A DNA stretch of 64,000 bases, taken from NCBI GenBank assembly GCA_020435205.1, contig JAGQZY010000002.1, forward strand, positions 22,059-86,058, in the 5' to 3' direction. Positions 19,326 through 28,964 of the stretch are shown piece by piece. The stretch is from Bdellovibrionales bacterium (GTDB taxonomy: Bacteria; Bdellovibrionota; Bdellovibrionia; Bdellovibrionales; JAGQZY01). The notes under the pieces are model-generated. The model did no database searches. It was not told the DNA's origin and saw only the letters and a list, made by a program, of their open reading frames with translations. A program made the translations under genes and the position numbers. Positions within the stretch are counted from its first letter, which is position 1. The number at the start of each line of letters is the position of its first letter.

Positions 19326-19820
19326 CTACGAGATTTGTGCCGGGATTCCTTTAGCGACTTTCCCGGCGGGCACATCCTTAGTGACCACTGAATTGGCTCC
19401 CACCATGGCACCATCGCCAACGTGCACGGGCCCTAGGATCTTTGCTCCAGTTCCAATCAGAACCTTATTGCCCAGAGTGGGGTGACGCTTCACTGGCTGG
19501 TGCTGCACTCCGCCCAAGGTCACTCCGTGAAAGAGTATACAATCATCACCAATCTCTGTGGTCTCACCAATAACTAAGCCACATCCATGGTCAATAATCA
19601 GTCGTTTACCAATTTTGGCTCCAGGATGAATTTCAATCAGATTCATCCATCGCCCCAACTCAGAAACAAATCGAGCCAGGAGATAGAATCGCCCCTTATA
19701 TAAGATATGAGCCAAGCGATGAAAATAAAGGGCGCGCACACCTGGATAAAGAAGAGCAATTTCCAAATAAGATTTGGCGGCTGGATCGTAGTTTTTATAA
19801 GCGCGAAGCAGATCAATCAT
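19326..19820 (-). CDS. cysE: Serine O-acetyltransferase (short form)
   Basis: I take the start at MIDLLRAYKNYDPAAKSYLEIALLYPG (ATG complement of 19818-19820, 8-nt overlap with the upstream stop). Hexapeptide-repeat region IEIHPGAKIGKRLIIDHGCGLVIGETTEIGDDCILFHGVTLGG. Confidence 0.85.
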   Translation of the reverse strand: MIDLLRAYKNYDPAAKSYLEIALLYPGVRALYFHRLAHILYKGRFYLLARFVSELGRWMNLIEIHPGAKIGKRLIIDHGCGLVIGETTEIGDDCILFHGVTLGGVQHQPVKRHPTLGNKVLIGTGAKILGPVHVGDGAMVGANSVVTKDVPAGKVAKGIPAQIS

Positions 19821-20784
19821 TAGTCTTCTTTTTAAAATTATTTTTGAAAAAATGGCGGGCATACATTTGGTGGTAAGAAGACCACTCTCCTTCACCAGAA
19901 GTGTCTTGATTCAAAAATTGCGTAATGGAATCCACTCGGCTATCTAAATCATCCACCATCCAAACTACATAAGCCTCAAGTAGCATTGGAACTTTTGGAG
20001 AACCAAATTCAAGCCTACCATGATGGCTGAGAACAATGTGTTTAAGAATATCGATAAGATCTTCGGGAAAGCCTAAAATTTGCGAAGCTTTCTTTTCAAC
20101 CAACTCCGTAGACATCACTAAATGACCGATCAACCTTCCTTTGTCTGTATAGCGAATCCCTTTTGGCGTCCACTCCAGTTCCCAAATCTTTCCAAGATCA
20201 TGAAAAATAGCTCCAAAAATAAGGAGATCCAAATTCAGCTGAGGATATTGCCCAGCTATATGCCCCATCAAACGACTGATCGACAAAATATGTTCGATCA
20301 ACCCACCAACTTTGACATGGTGAATGGACTTGGCTGCCGGTGATTTGAGAAGCTTGTCCTTAATTTGAGGATCATTGAGTGTATTTTGCACTAGCTGACG
20401 AATGTGTTCAGATTCAATATTTTTTACAATCTGCAAAAGCTCTTGCAAAACATCTTCAGGATCCGTTTCCGTGCGGCCAACATAATTCTCAAATTCAATA
20501 TTTTCATCGTGAACCACATCCAGCTTGTGAATAATAATTTGCTTTTTATTTTGATAAACCTGAACCTGCCCCTTAACCTGCACAATATCACCAGACTCAA
20601 AAGAGTTATTCATTCTTTCAACATTATCCCATATTTTTGCGTCAATGCTGCCCGTTTTGTCACTAAGATCTAAGGTGATGTATTGATTTCCCTTTTTATC
20701 AGTAAGAAGCACTTTATTTTTAGCAAGAAAGGTTGTTTGCACAACTTGTTTATCTGCTAAATTAGAAACAAAAAGCTTCTCCAT
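19813..20784 (-). CDS. yhaM: OB-fold plus HD-domain 3-prime-5-prime exoribonuclease, YhaM-like
   Basis: Start at MEKLFVSNL (ATG complement of 20782-20784). N-terminal OB-fold region, then HD motifs IHHVKVGGLIEH and IFHDLGK. Confidence 0.75.
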   Translation of the reverse strand: MEKLFVSNLADKQVVQTTFLAKNKVLLTDKKGNQYITLDLSDKTGSIDAKIWDNVERMNNSFESGDIVQVKGQVQVYQNKKQIIIHKLDVVHDENIEFENYVGRTETDPEDVLQELLQIVKNIESEHIRQLVQNTLNDPQIKDKLLKSPAAKSIHHVKVGGLIEHILSISRLMGHIAGQYPQLNLDLLIFGAIFHDLGKIWELEWTPKGIRYTDKGRLIGHLVMSTELVEKKASQILGFPEDLIDILKHIVLSHHGRLEFGSPKVPMLLEAYVVWMVDDLDSRVDSITQFLNQDTSGEGEWSSYHQMYARHFFKNNFKKKTND

Positions 20785-20798
20785 AGAACATCCTTCCA

Positions 20799-21479
20799 TC
20801 AATTCGAGTCTGCACTGCAAGAAAACTGGGGGTACCGAGAATCCGTCAAACGAACGTAACCTAGGAAAAGTTGATCACCAACGATTTGGTAAAAAACGTA
20901 GATCCCCGCCATCAAATGCATATAATGGCGTTTTGATGTTGTCACCAACATGCCTTTTTCGCCCGAGATTTGACTCATCACTTGGCTTAAATCAAAAATA
21001 TTACCACAACCATTTCCCCATTGAGCGTCATCCATCTTTCGGCCCGGAGAATGGCTTACATAAAGTAGGTGCACCGGCCCCTCGTCGACGAGATTGGCGA
21101 CAACTCGAATGCGAAAAGCGCCCTTTCCGTTTATGTATTCAAACAGGTCAAGAGTTCCCCCGCCATCGACCAAAAGCAGTTGATAGTTTTTATTGTCGCG
21201 AAGAGCTTCATCCCCCTCTTCTCCGATCAACTCCACTTGCACCGAAGTTGGATAAATAGAGAAATTATCAATAACCTCAGCTTTAACCCCATCATTTTTT
21301 AGACTTTCTTTAATTCGAACCCAGAGTTCTCGGGGAACCTGAATATTGCGACTGCTGGTCTCTATTTTTTGCGAAACCCATTTTTCGTCAGCTTGAGAAG
21401 CGCCAGGGTCGGCCTCTTCCTGGGCACCCACTAAAATTGCAAAAATAAAGATCCCAAGTAAGCGGACTAGGCTAATCAC
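20799..21479 (-). CDS. Hypothetical secreted protein
   Basis: 226 aa. Signal peptide MISLVRLLGIFIFAILVGAQ. 4-nt overlap with the upstream gene. No recognised domain. Confidence 0.5.
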   Translation of the reverse strand: MISLVRLLGIFIFAILVGAQEEADPGASQADEKWVSQKIETSSRNIQVPRELWVRIKESLKNDGVKAEVIDNFSIYPTSVQVELIGEEGDEALRDNKNYQLLLVDGGGTLDLFEYINGKGAFRIRVVANLVDEGPVHLLYVSHSPGRKMDDAQWGNGCGNIFDLSQVMSQISGEKGMLVTTSKRHYMHLMAGIYVFYQIVGDQLFLGYVRLTDSRYPQFSCSADSN

Positions 21480-23224
21480 AGGCTTTTCCTCATGCGTAGA
21501 AGGGGGCTAAAAGATGGCGAAATCCCCAAGCCCTGGCCAAGAGATTTAACAGCCCTTTCCGTATTTGTTTTGTAATTGAGCTCCACCACACTCCAATGGG
21601 AATACAGAAGCGAAATCCCATTGGCTACCGAACTCTGGGTAATATTCTGTGCACAAGCGAGATCGCCCGCTTCAAGACAACCTCGCAAAAGCACCTGGGC
21701 TACTGGCTTAGGAGACCGCATACCACCAAGCAAGCTAATCAAATTTTTTGCTTGTTCCAGATCATTGAGAGCTAGCAAAGAGGCGGCATAAAGACTTTGC
21801 AAAATACCATCGTTTCTTTTTTGCGAAAGAAGGTTTTCAAAAATATTTTTAGCCTTTAAAGATTTGCCAAGCTTGAGTTGGCAAAAACCCTTAATGAGTT
21901 CGGAGGTGTAATTATCAACCTTAACGCTCAGACTCTCACAATGGGATATGAAGTCTTGCCAACGAAAACTTTGAAAATCATAGCGCACATCATGAACATG
22001 CAAGGGGGTCAACTCAGGGTCGACTTGCAAAAAGGCTCGAGCGGCCCGCACCAATTCTTCAGGTTGAGCGCCCAAGTTTAACTTTGCAACGGCAATTAGA
22101 AATAAAACTTCTTGCCGAAAATCAAAAAATCTTTGCGGAAAATCATTTGAGGTCGATAGCGCCTCAGAGAAGTACTGAGGCTTTTGGCTACGAATGCCCT
22201 CTTGCACAAAAGCTCTTGTTAACAAATAACGAGCGATAGCTTCTTTGGGAGACATGGGAATAGCTCGCTTCAAAACATCGATGGCCTCCATTCCCCGGTT
22301 CAACTTTAAGAGGAAAAAGGCCTTATTAATCAAAGCTGGAAAATATTGATCGTCCACATTGAGTGACTTATTGACCTCACCAAGAGCATCATTAAATTGA
22401 CCACGATAGGACAAGCTCATAGCAACAATATTTTTACCTCTCTTCATAAAATCTTTTTGATAACGGGTGGCCAATAAATTCTCAACACTGGATTGAACTC
22501 GCCCAAACTGCCCATCAAATTGAATCAAGAGCGGTGACATTTCAAGAATCACGTTGGGATCATTAGGCGAAATTTCACTCGCCATACTGAAATACTTTAG
22601 CGCCTCTTGATACTCACCCGTCTTTAAAGCCACCAATGCTTTGTCTGTATACTCATCAAAGGCATTCACTGTTTGCTGAGTGTTTTTGGTCTGCTGAAAC
22701 TCCAACAGAATGTAACCGACGCCAGCGGCAAGAATCAAAATAAGACTCAGGATAAAAGCAAAAGGAAACCGGGAGGAATGACTCTGACGAGGGACCGGTG
22801 GCGCTGTCTTAAAAGTCGGAGGACCTTGCAAATCTCCACCACCGACTGGGGCCGCCGGCCGCATGGGTGGGGCATTGCCCATCCCAGAGGCCGTAATGTC
22901 GTTAGTCAAGGTATGAGTCATACCTGTGTCTGCACCCAAAGTTTCGGTACTGGTTTGAGTGATATCCATAGTGGCTGTGTTAAAGTCCACAGCCTCCGTG
23001 ATCGTCATCTCTCTTTTTTGATAGGTTGTTGCTTTGAGCCTTTCGATGGCCGCTGCAAAAAGGGAGTGATCGCGAATGGGACGCCATCTTTCAAAAGGAC
23101 CCTTGATTTCATCAAGAAGATGGATATCCCCCTTAAATATATCCTCTACCACTTGTTCGAAGTGATAAGGTCCGTTGACTACACTGTTAGATTTGACTAG
23201 CCATTTTTGTTCAACGTCGCTCAA
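21476..23224 (-). CDS. GYF_2-like N-terminal domain, one TM, and TPR-repeat protein
   Basis: 582 aa. N-terminal WLVKSNSVVNGPYHFEQVVEDIFKGDIHLLDEI...RWRPI resembles the GYF_2 (DUF4339) domain. Pro/Gly-rich linker, TM FPFAFILSLILILAAGVGYILL, then TPR-like helical repeats. Confidence 0.6.
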   Translation of the reverse strand: MSDVEQKWLVKSNSVVNGPYHFEQVVEDIFKGDIHLLDEIKGPFERWRPIRDHSLFAAAIERLKATTYQKREMTITEAVDFNTATMDITQTSTETLGADTGMTHTLTNDITASGMGNAPPMRPAAPVGGGDLQGPPTFKTAPPVPRQSHSSRFPFAFILSLILILAAGVGYILLEFQQTKNTQQTVNAFDEYTDKALVALKTGEYQEALKYFSMASEISPNDPNVILEMSPLLIQFDGQFGRVQSSVENLLATRYQKDFMKRGKNIVAMSLSYRGQFNDALGEVNKSLNVDDQYFPALINKAFFLLKLNRGMEAIDVLKRAIPMSPKEAIARYLLTRAFVQEGIRSQKPQYFSEALSTSNDFPQRFFDFRQEVLFLIAVAKLNLGAQPEELVRAARAFLQVDPELTPLHVHDVRYDFQSFRWQDFISHCESLSVKVDNYTSELIKGFCQLKLGKSLKAKNIFENLLSQKRNDGILQSLYAASLLALNDLEQAKNLISLLGGMRSPKPVAQVLLRGCLEAGDLACAQNITQSSVANGISLLYSHWSVVELNYKTNTERAVKSLGQGLGISPSFSPLLRMRKSL

Positions 23225-23239
23225 CCTAAGCCCCTTATG

Positions 23240-24751
23240 CTAGTGCCGGAAGTGACGACGTCCCGTCATCACCATGGGGATTCCGTGCTTTTCCGCGGCA
23301 GCAATGACTTCCGCGTCTTTTACAGATCCACCCGGCTGGATGATCGCTTTCACCCCATATTCTGCTGCAATTTCAACAGAATCTGGAAATGGAAAAAAAG
23401 CGTCACTAGCTAAGTATAAAGGTTTTTTGCCCGGATGAAACTTCTGGGCTCGCTCTAAGGCTTGCTGTACAGCATCCACTCGATTGACCTGCCCCATACC
23501 TAGACCCACAGACTGTTGCCCGCAAGTCACAGCAATCGCATTGCTCTTCAGTGAAGCGCAAACTTTCCAGGCGAATTCTAAATCAAGCCACTGATTTTCG
23601 CTCAGCTCGCCGACCTTCAACTGCCACTCTGTGCGATCACAAGGCACTCGGTCTTGGCTTTGCGCCAAATAACCACCCATGATGCTTCGGTACTCCCATG
23701 GGGAGAAGCTCTTCTCAAGCATTTGTGGCCACTCAAGAACTCTGAGATTGGATTTCTTTTTAAAGATGTCTTTGGCCTCATCTGTCACTTGCGGCGCAAC
23801 AATACATTCTAGGAAAAGCCCAGAGAGTTCTTTTGCGCAGGTCCCATCAATGGGTTCATTCAAAGCAATGATTCCACCAAAAACACTGACAGGATCCGCC
23901 TGCAAAGAGTTTTGCAGAGCCTCAAAAATATTTTTTACACGAGCCACTCCACAGGGATTATTATGTTTCACAGATATGACTGTGGGCCCTTCAAAAAGAA
24001 AAAGAGAGCGTAGGGCTGCATCTAAGTCTAAAAGATTATTATAAGATAACTCTTTACCCTGCAGAATCTGTGCTTGGTGCAATCCCCAGGAGGACGATTG
24101 ATACCAAAAGGCCTTCTGATGAGGGTTTTCTCCATAGCGCAAAGAGCCTTTGAGGTCCCCTTGCAATGCCGGGACTTCACCCGTGTCACCAGCAGAAAGA
24201 TAATTAGAAATATGGTGGTCATAACTCGATACATGACGGAAAACTTTTGCTGCTAGAGCCTTCCTATCTTCCAACTCTATTTTGCCTTTTTGTAGAAGAC
24301 CTTCGTAGTCAGAGGGGTCACAAACCACAGTCATGTTTTTAAAGTTTTTAGCTGAAGCTCTCAGCAAAGTGGGCCCACCAATGTCAATGAGCTCCACCAT
24401 CTCCGCGAGAGGGAGGTTTTTATCCAATGCCTGGGTAAAGGGATATAAATTGACTACGACAAGATCAAAGGGCTCTAGGCCATGCTCTTTAAGGATGCTT
24501 AAATCATCCTCAATTTCTGAGCGATAGAGAAGAGGCATATGAATATAGGGGTGAAGGGTTTTTACTCTCCCCCCCATAACCTCTGGGAACTGAGTTTGTT
24601 CGCTGACTTTGATGATTTTAAAACCTCGCTCTTCAAGATAGCGAGCCGTCCCACCAGAAGAGACAATGCGCATGCCCTGATCAGCTAAAGGTTTGAGAAA
24701 AGCTTCCAGTCCGGTTTTATCCGAGACGCTAACTAATGCATTTCGAAACAT
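23240..24751 (-). CDS. purH: Bifunctional AICAR transformylase / IMP cyclohydrolase
   Basis: 503 aa. N-terminal MGS-like [11 protein letters not shown] and the characteristic C-terminus [11 protein letters not shown]. Confidence 0.95.
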   Translation of the reverse strand: MFRNALVSVSDKTGLEAFLKPLADQGMRIVSSGGTARYLEERGFKIIKVSEQTQFPEVMGGRVKTLHPYIHMPLLYRSEIEDDLSILKEHGLEPFDLVVVNLYPFTQALDKNLPLAEMVELIDIGGPTLLRASAKNFKNMTVVCDPSDYEGLLQKGKIELEDRKALAAKVFRHVSSYDHHISNYLSAGDTGEVPALQGDLKGSLRYGENPHQKAFWYQSSSWGLHQAQILQGKELSYNNLLDLDAALRSLFLFEGPTVISVKHNNPCGVARVKNIFEALQNSLQADPVSVFGGIIALNEPIDGTCAKELSGLFLECIVAPQVTDEAKDIFKKKSNLRVLEWPQMLEKSFSPWEYRSIMGGYLAQSQDRVPCDRTEWQLKVGELSENQWLDLEFAWKVCASLKSNAIAVTCGQQSVGLGMGQVNRVDAVQQALERAQKFHPGKKPLYLASDAFFPFPDSVEIAAEYGVKAIIQPGGSVKDAEVIAAAEKHGIPMVMTGRRHFRH

Positions 24752-24763
24752 GAAAAGTTTTCC

Positions 24764-26143
24764 TTAGAAATTAATCCTTGATAGGAGAACCTTTATATCG
24801 TCGTTGGTGAGGAAGAGTCCAGCCCCAAAGAAGGTTGACGCATTGTCATTGCCGTCACTGGTAAAAATATATTGCTGCCCACCAACCACATACAAGCCCT
24901 TAAAAAAGCTGTAACGAAGGTAGCCGCGTAAATTGGTTTCGTTGAAATCAAAAGCGTCCACCGAAAGTCGAAAGCGGTTGCGGTAAAAATTATATTCCAA
25001 ACCAAGACCACCGCGGTTTTCGATCATACCACCCTTGACTGTAAAGTTGTAAAATTTCTTACCAAAGAGCGCAGTCAAGCGAAGGCTGTACTGTCGGCTC
25101 GTCTCTTGCACAACGGTCTGCGGAGTACCACCATCAACAGTCGTGATATTAGTCATCCGCGTGCGCACCCCATCGGGAGTGCTAATCCCTGCCACCTCAT
25201 AAAAGCGATCGAGGCCAGGTTGAATCCTCACACCAATGTAGGAACGAACTCCTTCTTCACGAGTTAGATAATGAGAGTAATAGTCAAACATCGTCTGAAT
25301 TTTAGACCCAGAATCAATGAAGTTATTGATTCCAGTAATCGCCGTATTAATACCTTCGACAGTCTCTTCATCATTAACAAGCCGACCAATAGTTCCTTCA
25401 CCACGATTGATTTTTCCAGAAATCTCATCAATGTTGCCAAGAGCACTGTCAAGCTTAGCCATCGAGCTTTCTAAGCGTGAACGAAAACCTTCATCCCCTT
25501 CTTCATTGATGATTTCATCGAGGGAACCAGCAATATTATTGAGGCGATCAATTAACTCACCCACTTCATCTTTTTTGTCGGACACCAAGGCTGACAAATC
25601 CGTGGTCAAAGTTTCAATATTGCGAACAATTTTACCAATAGGTTTAGAGTCATCCCCTTCGGTGGCGTCACGAATATTATTAACAACGTCAGAGAGAGAG
25701 TTCGTGATCTTACTCACTTCACTCACTAAACGATCAATAGATGCATTATCTTCAACCACAAGAATTTGACCTTCATGATTAAGCACTGGATCATTATTGC
25801 TTCCGGGAATGATTTCAACGTGTTTATCCCCAAGAATACCATTGGCGCGAATTTCAACTTTTGATGATTCCGTCAAAAGAACATCCGGTCGAATCGCCAT
25901 TTTGACGACAGCTCGGCCATTGCGCAATTGAATATCTTCAATCATTCCTACACGAATTCCTGCCACACTCACCGGACTCTTTTTAATCAATCCACCAGCG
26001 TTTTCAATTTCAAACCAGACCTGCTTATTGCCACCAACGAAATTGGGACTTTCGCTGACCTTCATAGACATGACACCAATGAGCCCTGAAACCACGACCA
26101 CAAGCAGTCCAACTTTGAATTCAGGGGTATTCATCAGGTTCAT
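24764..26143 (-). CDS. mlaD: Long MlaD/MCE-domain protein with coiled-coil and C-terminal beta-rich domain
   Basis: 459 aa. N-terminal TM, then an MCE domain (VSVAGIRVGMIEDIQL...EIRANGILGDKHVEIIPG), about 150 aa of helical heptads, and about 170 aa of alternating beta-strand-like sequence ending ...VLLSRINF. ATGA overlap with mlaF. Confidence 0.8.
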   Translation of the reverse strand: MNLMNTPEFKVGLLVVVVSGLIGVMSMKVSESPNFVGGNKQVWFEIENAGGLIKKSPVSVAGIRVGMIEDIQLRNGRAVVKMAIRPDVLLTESSKVEIRANGILGDKHVEIIPGSNNDPVLNHEGQILVVEDNASIDRLVSEVSKITNSLSDVVNNIRDATEGDDSKPIGKIVRNIETLTTDLSALVSDKKDEVGELIDRLNNIAGSLDEIINEEGDEGFRSRLESSMAKLDSALGNIDEISGKINRGEGTIGRLVNDEETVEGINTAITGINNFIDSGSKIQTMFDYYSHYLTREEGVRSYIGVRIQPGLDRFYEVAGISTPDGVRTRMTNITTVDGGTPQTVVQETSRQYSLRLTALFGKKFYNFTVKGGMIENRGGLGLEYNFYRNRFRLSVDAFDFNETNLRGYLRYSFFKGLYVVGGQQYIFTSDGNDNASTFFGAGLFLTNDDIKVLLSRINF

Positions 26144-26901
26144 TTCTTATTGACTCCCTTGGACACAAATCGCGCTACTAAGGGATTATCGGATTCTAGA
26201 AATACTTTTGGAGGCCCATGAAGCAAAACTTTTCCACTGTCTAACATAGCGACATAATCTCCGATGCGAAAGGCCGCATGTAGATCATGCGACACCACTA
26301 ATGATGAAGAATCCTTATTTTGATTATGCGTGTTAAGTATCAGATTATCCACCATTTCTGTCAAAATGGGATCGAGACCGGTCGTTGGTTCGTCGTAAAC
26401 TAAGATCTCTGGATCTAGAGCTAGGGCGCGGGCTAGACCACAGCGTTTTCTCATTCCACCGCTGATTTCCCCCGGTAGTTTTTTATAGTGCTTTTCGTCC
26501 AGTCCAGAAAGCCTCAGCTTTTCGTAAGCAATTTGTAACTTTTGAGTTTTTGATAAATCCTTTCGATGTTCGTCGAGCGGAAACATCACATTTTCTAAGA
26601 CCGTTTTATCATCAAAAAGAGCCGCGTACTGAAACAAAACACCAAAGTGTCGACGTAACTTTACTTTTTCATCATCTGTCAGTAGCGAAATGTCTTTACC
26701 CAAAATTTTGATCGTTCCAGACGTGGGTTTTAAAATCCCAAGAATATGTTTTAATAAAACACTTTTCCCAGTACCACTAAAGCCAATAATCACCGTGACT
26801 TTACCTTTAGGGACGTTGAGATTAATGCCATTGAGAACGTAATCACCTTCTGAAAATGATTTCTTTAAATCAATAATTTCTATCGCATTTTCTTGCGCCA
26901 T
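26140..26901 (-). CDS. mlaF: ABC transporter ATP-binding protein, MlaF-like
   Basis: Walker A GFSGTGKS, ABC signature ISGGMRKR, Walker B ILVYDEPTTGLD. Confidence 0.9.
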   Translation of the reverse strand: MAQENAIEIIDLKKSFSEGDYVLNGINLNVPKGKVTVIIGFSGTGKSVLLKHILGILKPTSGTIKILGKDISLLTDDEKVKLRRHFGVLFQYAALFDDKTVLENVMFPLDEHRKDLSKTQKLQIAYEKLRLSGLDEKHYKKLPGEISGGMRKRCGLARALALDPEILVYDEPTTGLDPILTEMVDNLILNTHNQNKDSSSLVVSHDLHAAFRIGDYVAMLDSGKVLLHGPPKVFLESDNPLVARFVSKGVNKK

Positions 26902-27729
26902 TTATGTTGTCACCTTGTAGTAAATGTCGATCAAGTTCATCAAAAAGAAATCAAGGATAATGATCATCACCATGCTCAGGACCACGCCTCGATTGGTGGA
27001 ATCTCCAACCCCGCGCGCCCCACCTGTCGTTTTAAAGCCGCGATAACAGCAGATTAAAGAAAAGACAGCGCCAAAAACGGCGGCTTTAATTAAACCTTCA
27101 TTGATGTGATTGGGGTTCAGCCACAAAGAGGTTTTGTCCCAAAAAATAGCTTCATCCATTTCTAACACATGAATGCAAAGAAAATAGGACCCCACCATGG
27201 CCGTAAAATCAAAAACGCCTGTGAGCAAAGGTAAGGCTACCACTGAAGCCCACATTCTGGGAGCCACCAAATACTCCAGAGGATCGACGCCCATCACCTC
27301 CAAGGCATCGATCTGTTCACTCACTCGCATAGAGCCTAAGTTGGCGGCCATGGCTCCTCCGGCTCGAGCGGCCACAATCAGACCGGTTAGCACCGGCCCC
27401 AACTCACGCGCAATACCCATGGCCACAATCGGACCGGTGAGACTGGTGGCATTGACCATGCGAAACCCAAGATAAACTTGAAAGGCTAGAGCCATGCCCG
27501 TGAATGTGCCTGTTAAAACCACAATGAAAATGGATTTGTTGCCAATGAATTCCATCTGTTGAATAAATTCTTTCATTCGATAAGGCTTTTTAAAAAAAGT
27601 ACCCATGGAATAGGCGCCAAAACTCATGACACAACCCACCTCATAGATAAATTCCTCAATGACACCAACAATGGTGAGCACAATAAGATCTAAATAGTGG
27701 TTCACTCTTTCACGCAATTTTTCACTCAT
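26902..27729 (-). CDS. mlaE: ABC transporter permease, MlaE-like
   Basis: I take the start at MSEKLRERVNHYL (ATG complement of 27727-27729, overlapping the alr stop). The track ORF's extra 111 N-terminal codons lie inside alr in another frame. The polytopic permease pattern matches MlaE. Confidence 0.85.
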   Translation of the reverse strand: MSEKLRERVNHYLDLIVLTIVGVIEEFIYEVGCVMSFGAYSMGTFFKKPYRMKEFIQQMEFIGNKSIFIVVLTGTFTGMALAFQVYLGFRMVNATSLTGPIVAMGIARELGPVLTGLIVAARAGGAMAANLGSMRVSEQIDALEVMGVDPLEYLVAPRMWASVVALPLLTGVFDFTAMVGSYFLCIHVLEMDEAIFWDKTSLWLNPNHINEGLIKAAVFGAVFSLICCYRGFKTTGGARGVGDSTNRGVVLSMVMIIILDFFLMNLIDIYYKVTT

Positions 27730-28868
27730 ATATAAACTTCCCCATACAGTCTCGGCACTCTTTCTCCAATACCGGTCATCACCTCGTAGGTGATACGGCC
27801 CGATTTTTCCGCCACTTCTTCCACTGAAATTTCTTCCTCTCCCTGAATGCCAATAATGACGGCTTCTTCTCCTATGAAATCTTGGGGAGCTTTGCCAATG
27901 TCCGTGAGATCTACCATGACATAGTCCATGCAAACCACTCCACGAATGGGCACCTTTCTTCCACAAACCAATAAATGTCCAACATTGGATAAACTTCGAC
28001 AAACCCCATCCGCATAGCCAGCAGCCACAATGCCAATGATAGAATCTCGCGGAGCTTGCCAAGTGCCGCCATAGGAAACCACTGCGTCGGCAGCCACCTC
28101 ATGCACTTCGATCACTTGTGATTGAAATTGGACAACAGGACCAATCAAGGGACGCACTGATTTTTCTGGTTCGGGATCGATTCCATATATCAACAGCCCT
28201 GGACGAGATCCGTAGGCAAAGCTTTTTTTATTGCGATAAAGAGAAGCCATCGCCGCTGAGTTGTAAAGATGGTAGACAATCTCAGAGTCGGAAAATAGCT
28301 CCTTAATTTTTTCAAATTCGGCAATTTGCTTTTGAGTGCTTGAGGACTCTTCGCAGATATTGGCTCCATCGTAAAGATGACTACAAATTCCAGCCACGTG
28401 AATATTCGGATTTTGAAAAAGGCCGTTGAGAATATTGGGAATGTCTTTTGCTGAGAAACCAAGGCGATTCATCCCCGTATTGAATTTAATGTGAATATCA
28501 AGATATTCCTTTGCGGCACCAACAAGGTCTTCTAACTGTTGAAAGTTAGAAACAACCGGAGTTAAGCACTCTCGCAAAATTTGGTCACAAGCTTCTTTCC
28601 CCTGAAAGCCAAAGACAAGAATATTGGCAGAAATATGGTGATCACGGAGGCGCATCCCCTCTTCAACGCTGGCAACACCCATGGAATTGCAGCGCTCCTT
28701 CTCCAGGGCTTTGGCAATGGCGACATCCCCCAAGCCATAGGCATTGGCCTTGACCATAGGGCAGAGAAAGGGTTGACCCGGATTGAGGCTTTGCAATCGA
28801 CGAAAATTCGACATGATTTGGTCTAAGTTGATGCGCACAAAGGTGGGTCTTAATAGAGACATAGCCAC
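27726..28868 (-). CDS. alr: Alanine racemase
   Basis: 380 aa. PLP-lysine motif CPMVKANAYGLG and overall alr pattern. RBS AGGTGG upstream. Confidence 0.9.
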   Translation of the reverse strand: MAMSLLRPTFVRINLDQIMSNFRRLQSLNPGQPFLCPMVKANAYGLGDVAIAKALEKERCNSMGVASVEEGMRLRDHHISANILVFGFQGKEACDQILRECLTPVVSNFQQLEDLVGAAKEYLDIHIKFNTGMNRLGFSAKDIPNILNGLFQNPNIHVAGICSHLYDGANICEESSSTQKQIAEFEKIKELFSDSEIVYHLYNSAAMASLYRNKKSFAYGSRPGLLIYGIDPEPEKSVRPLIGPVVQFQSQVIEVHEVAADAVVSYGGTWQAPRDSIIGIVAAGYADGVCRSLSNVGHLLVCGRKVPIRGVVCMDYVMVDLTDIGKAPQDFIGEEAVIIGIQGEEEISVEEVAEKSGRITYEVMTGIGERVPRLYGEVYI

Positions 28869-28964
28869 CTAATTCTATCAAATGTATGGAACAAAGCGAA
28901 ATTGATTCAAACCGGGTTCAGCCATAAGGAGAGGACCAACCCTTTTCAAATCTTATGTTGCAAA

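Noticed and set aside
22673-23200. 175-aa ORF antisense to the GYF/TPR gene
   Set aside because: Codon-aligned antisense shadow ORF, rich in Arg/Ser/Gly. No independent evidence supports it.
25317-25769. 150-aa Ser/Leu/Pro-rich ORF antisense to the MlaD coiled-coil region
   Set aside because: Its composition is the mirror image of the Glu/Asp/Ile/Asn-rich heptad region on the coding strand. It has no RBS and is not codon-aligned, but it is readily explained by the biased sense composition.
27730-28062. N-terminal 111-codon extension of the mlaE ORF in the track (26902-28062)
   Set aside because: The extension lies entirely within alr in another frame and is Trp/Cys/His/Arg-rich junk. A proper ATG at 27727-27729 overlaps the alr stop and begins the conserved permease sequence.
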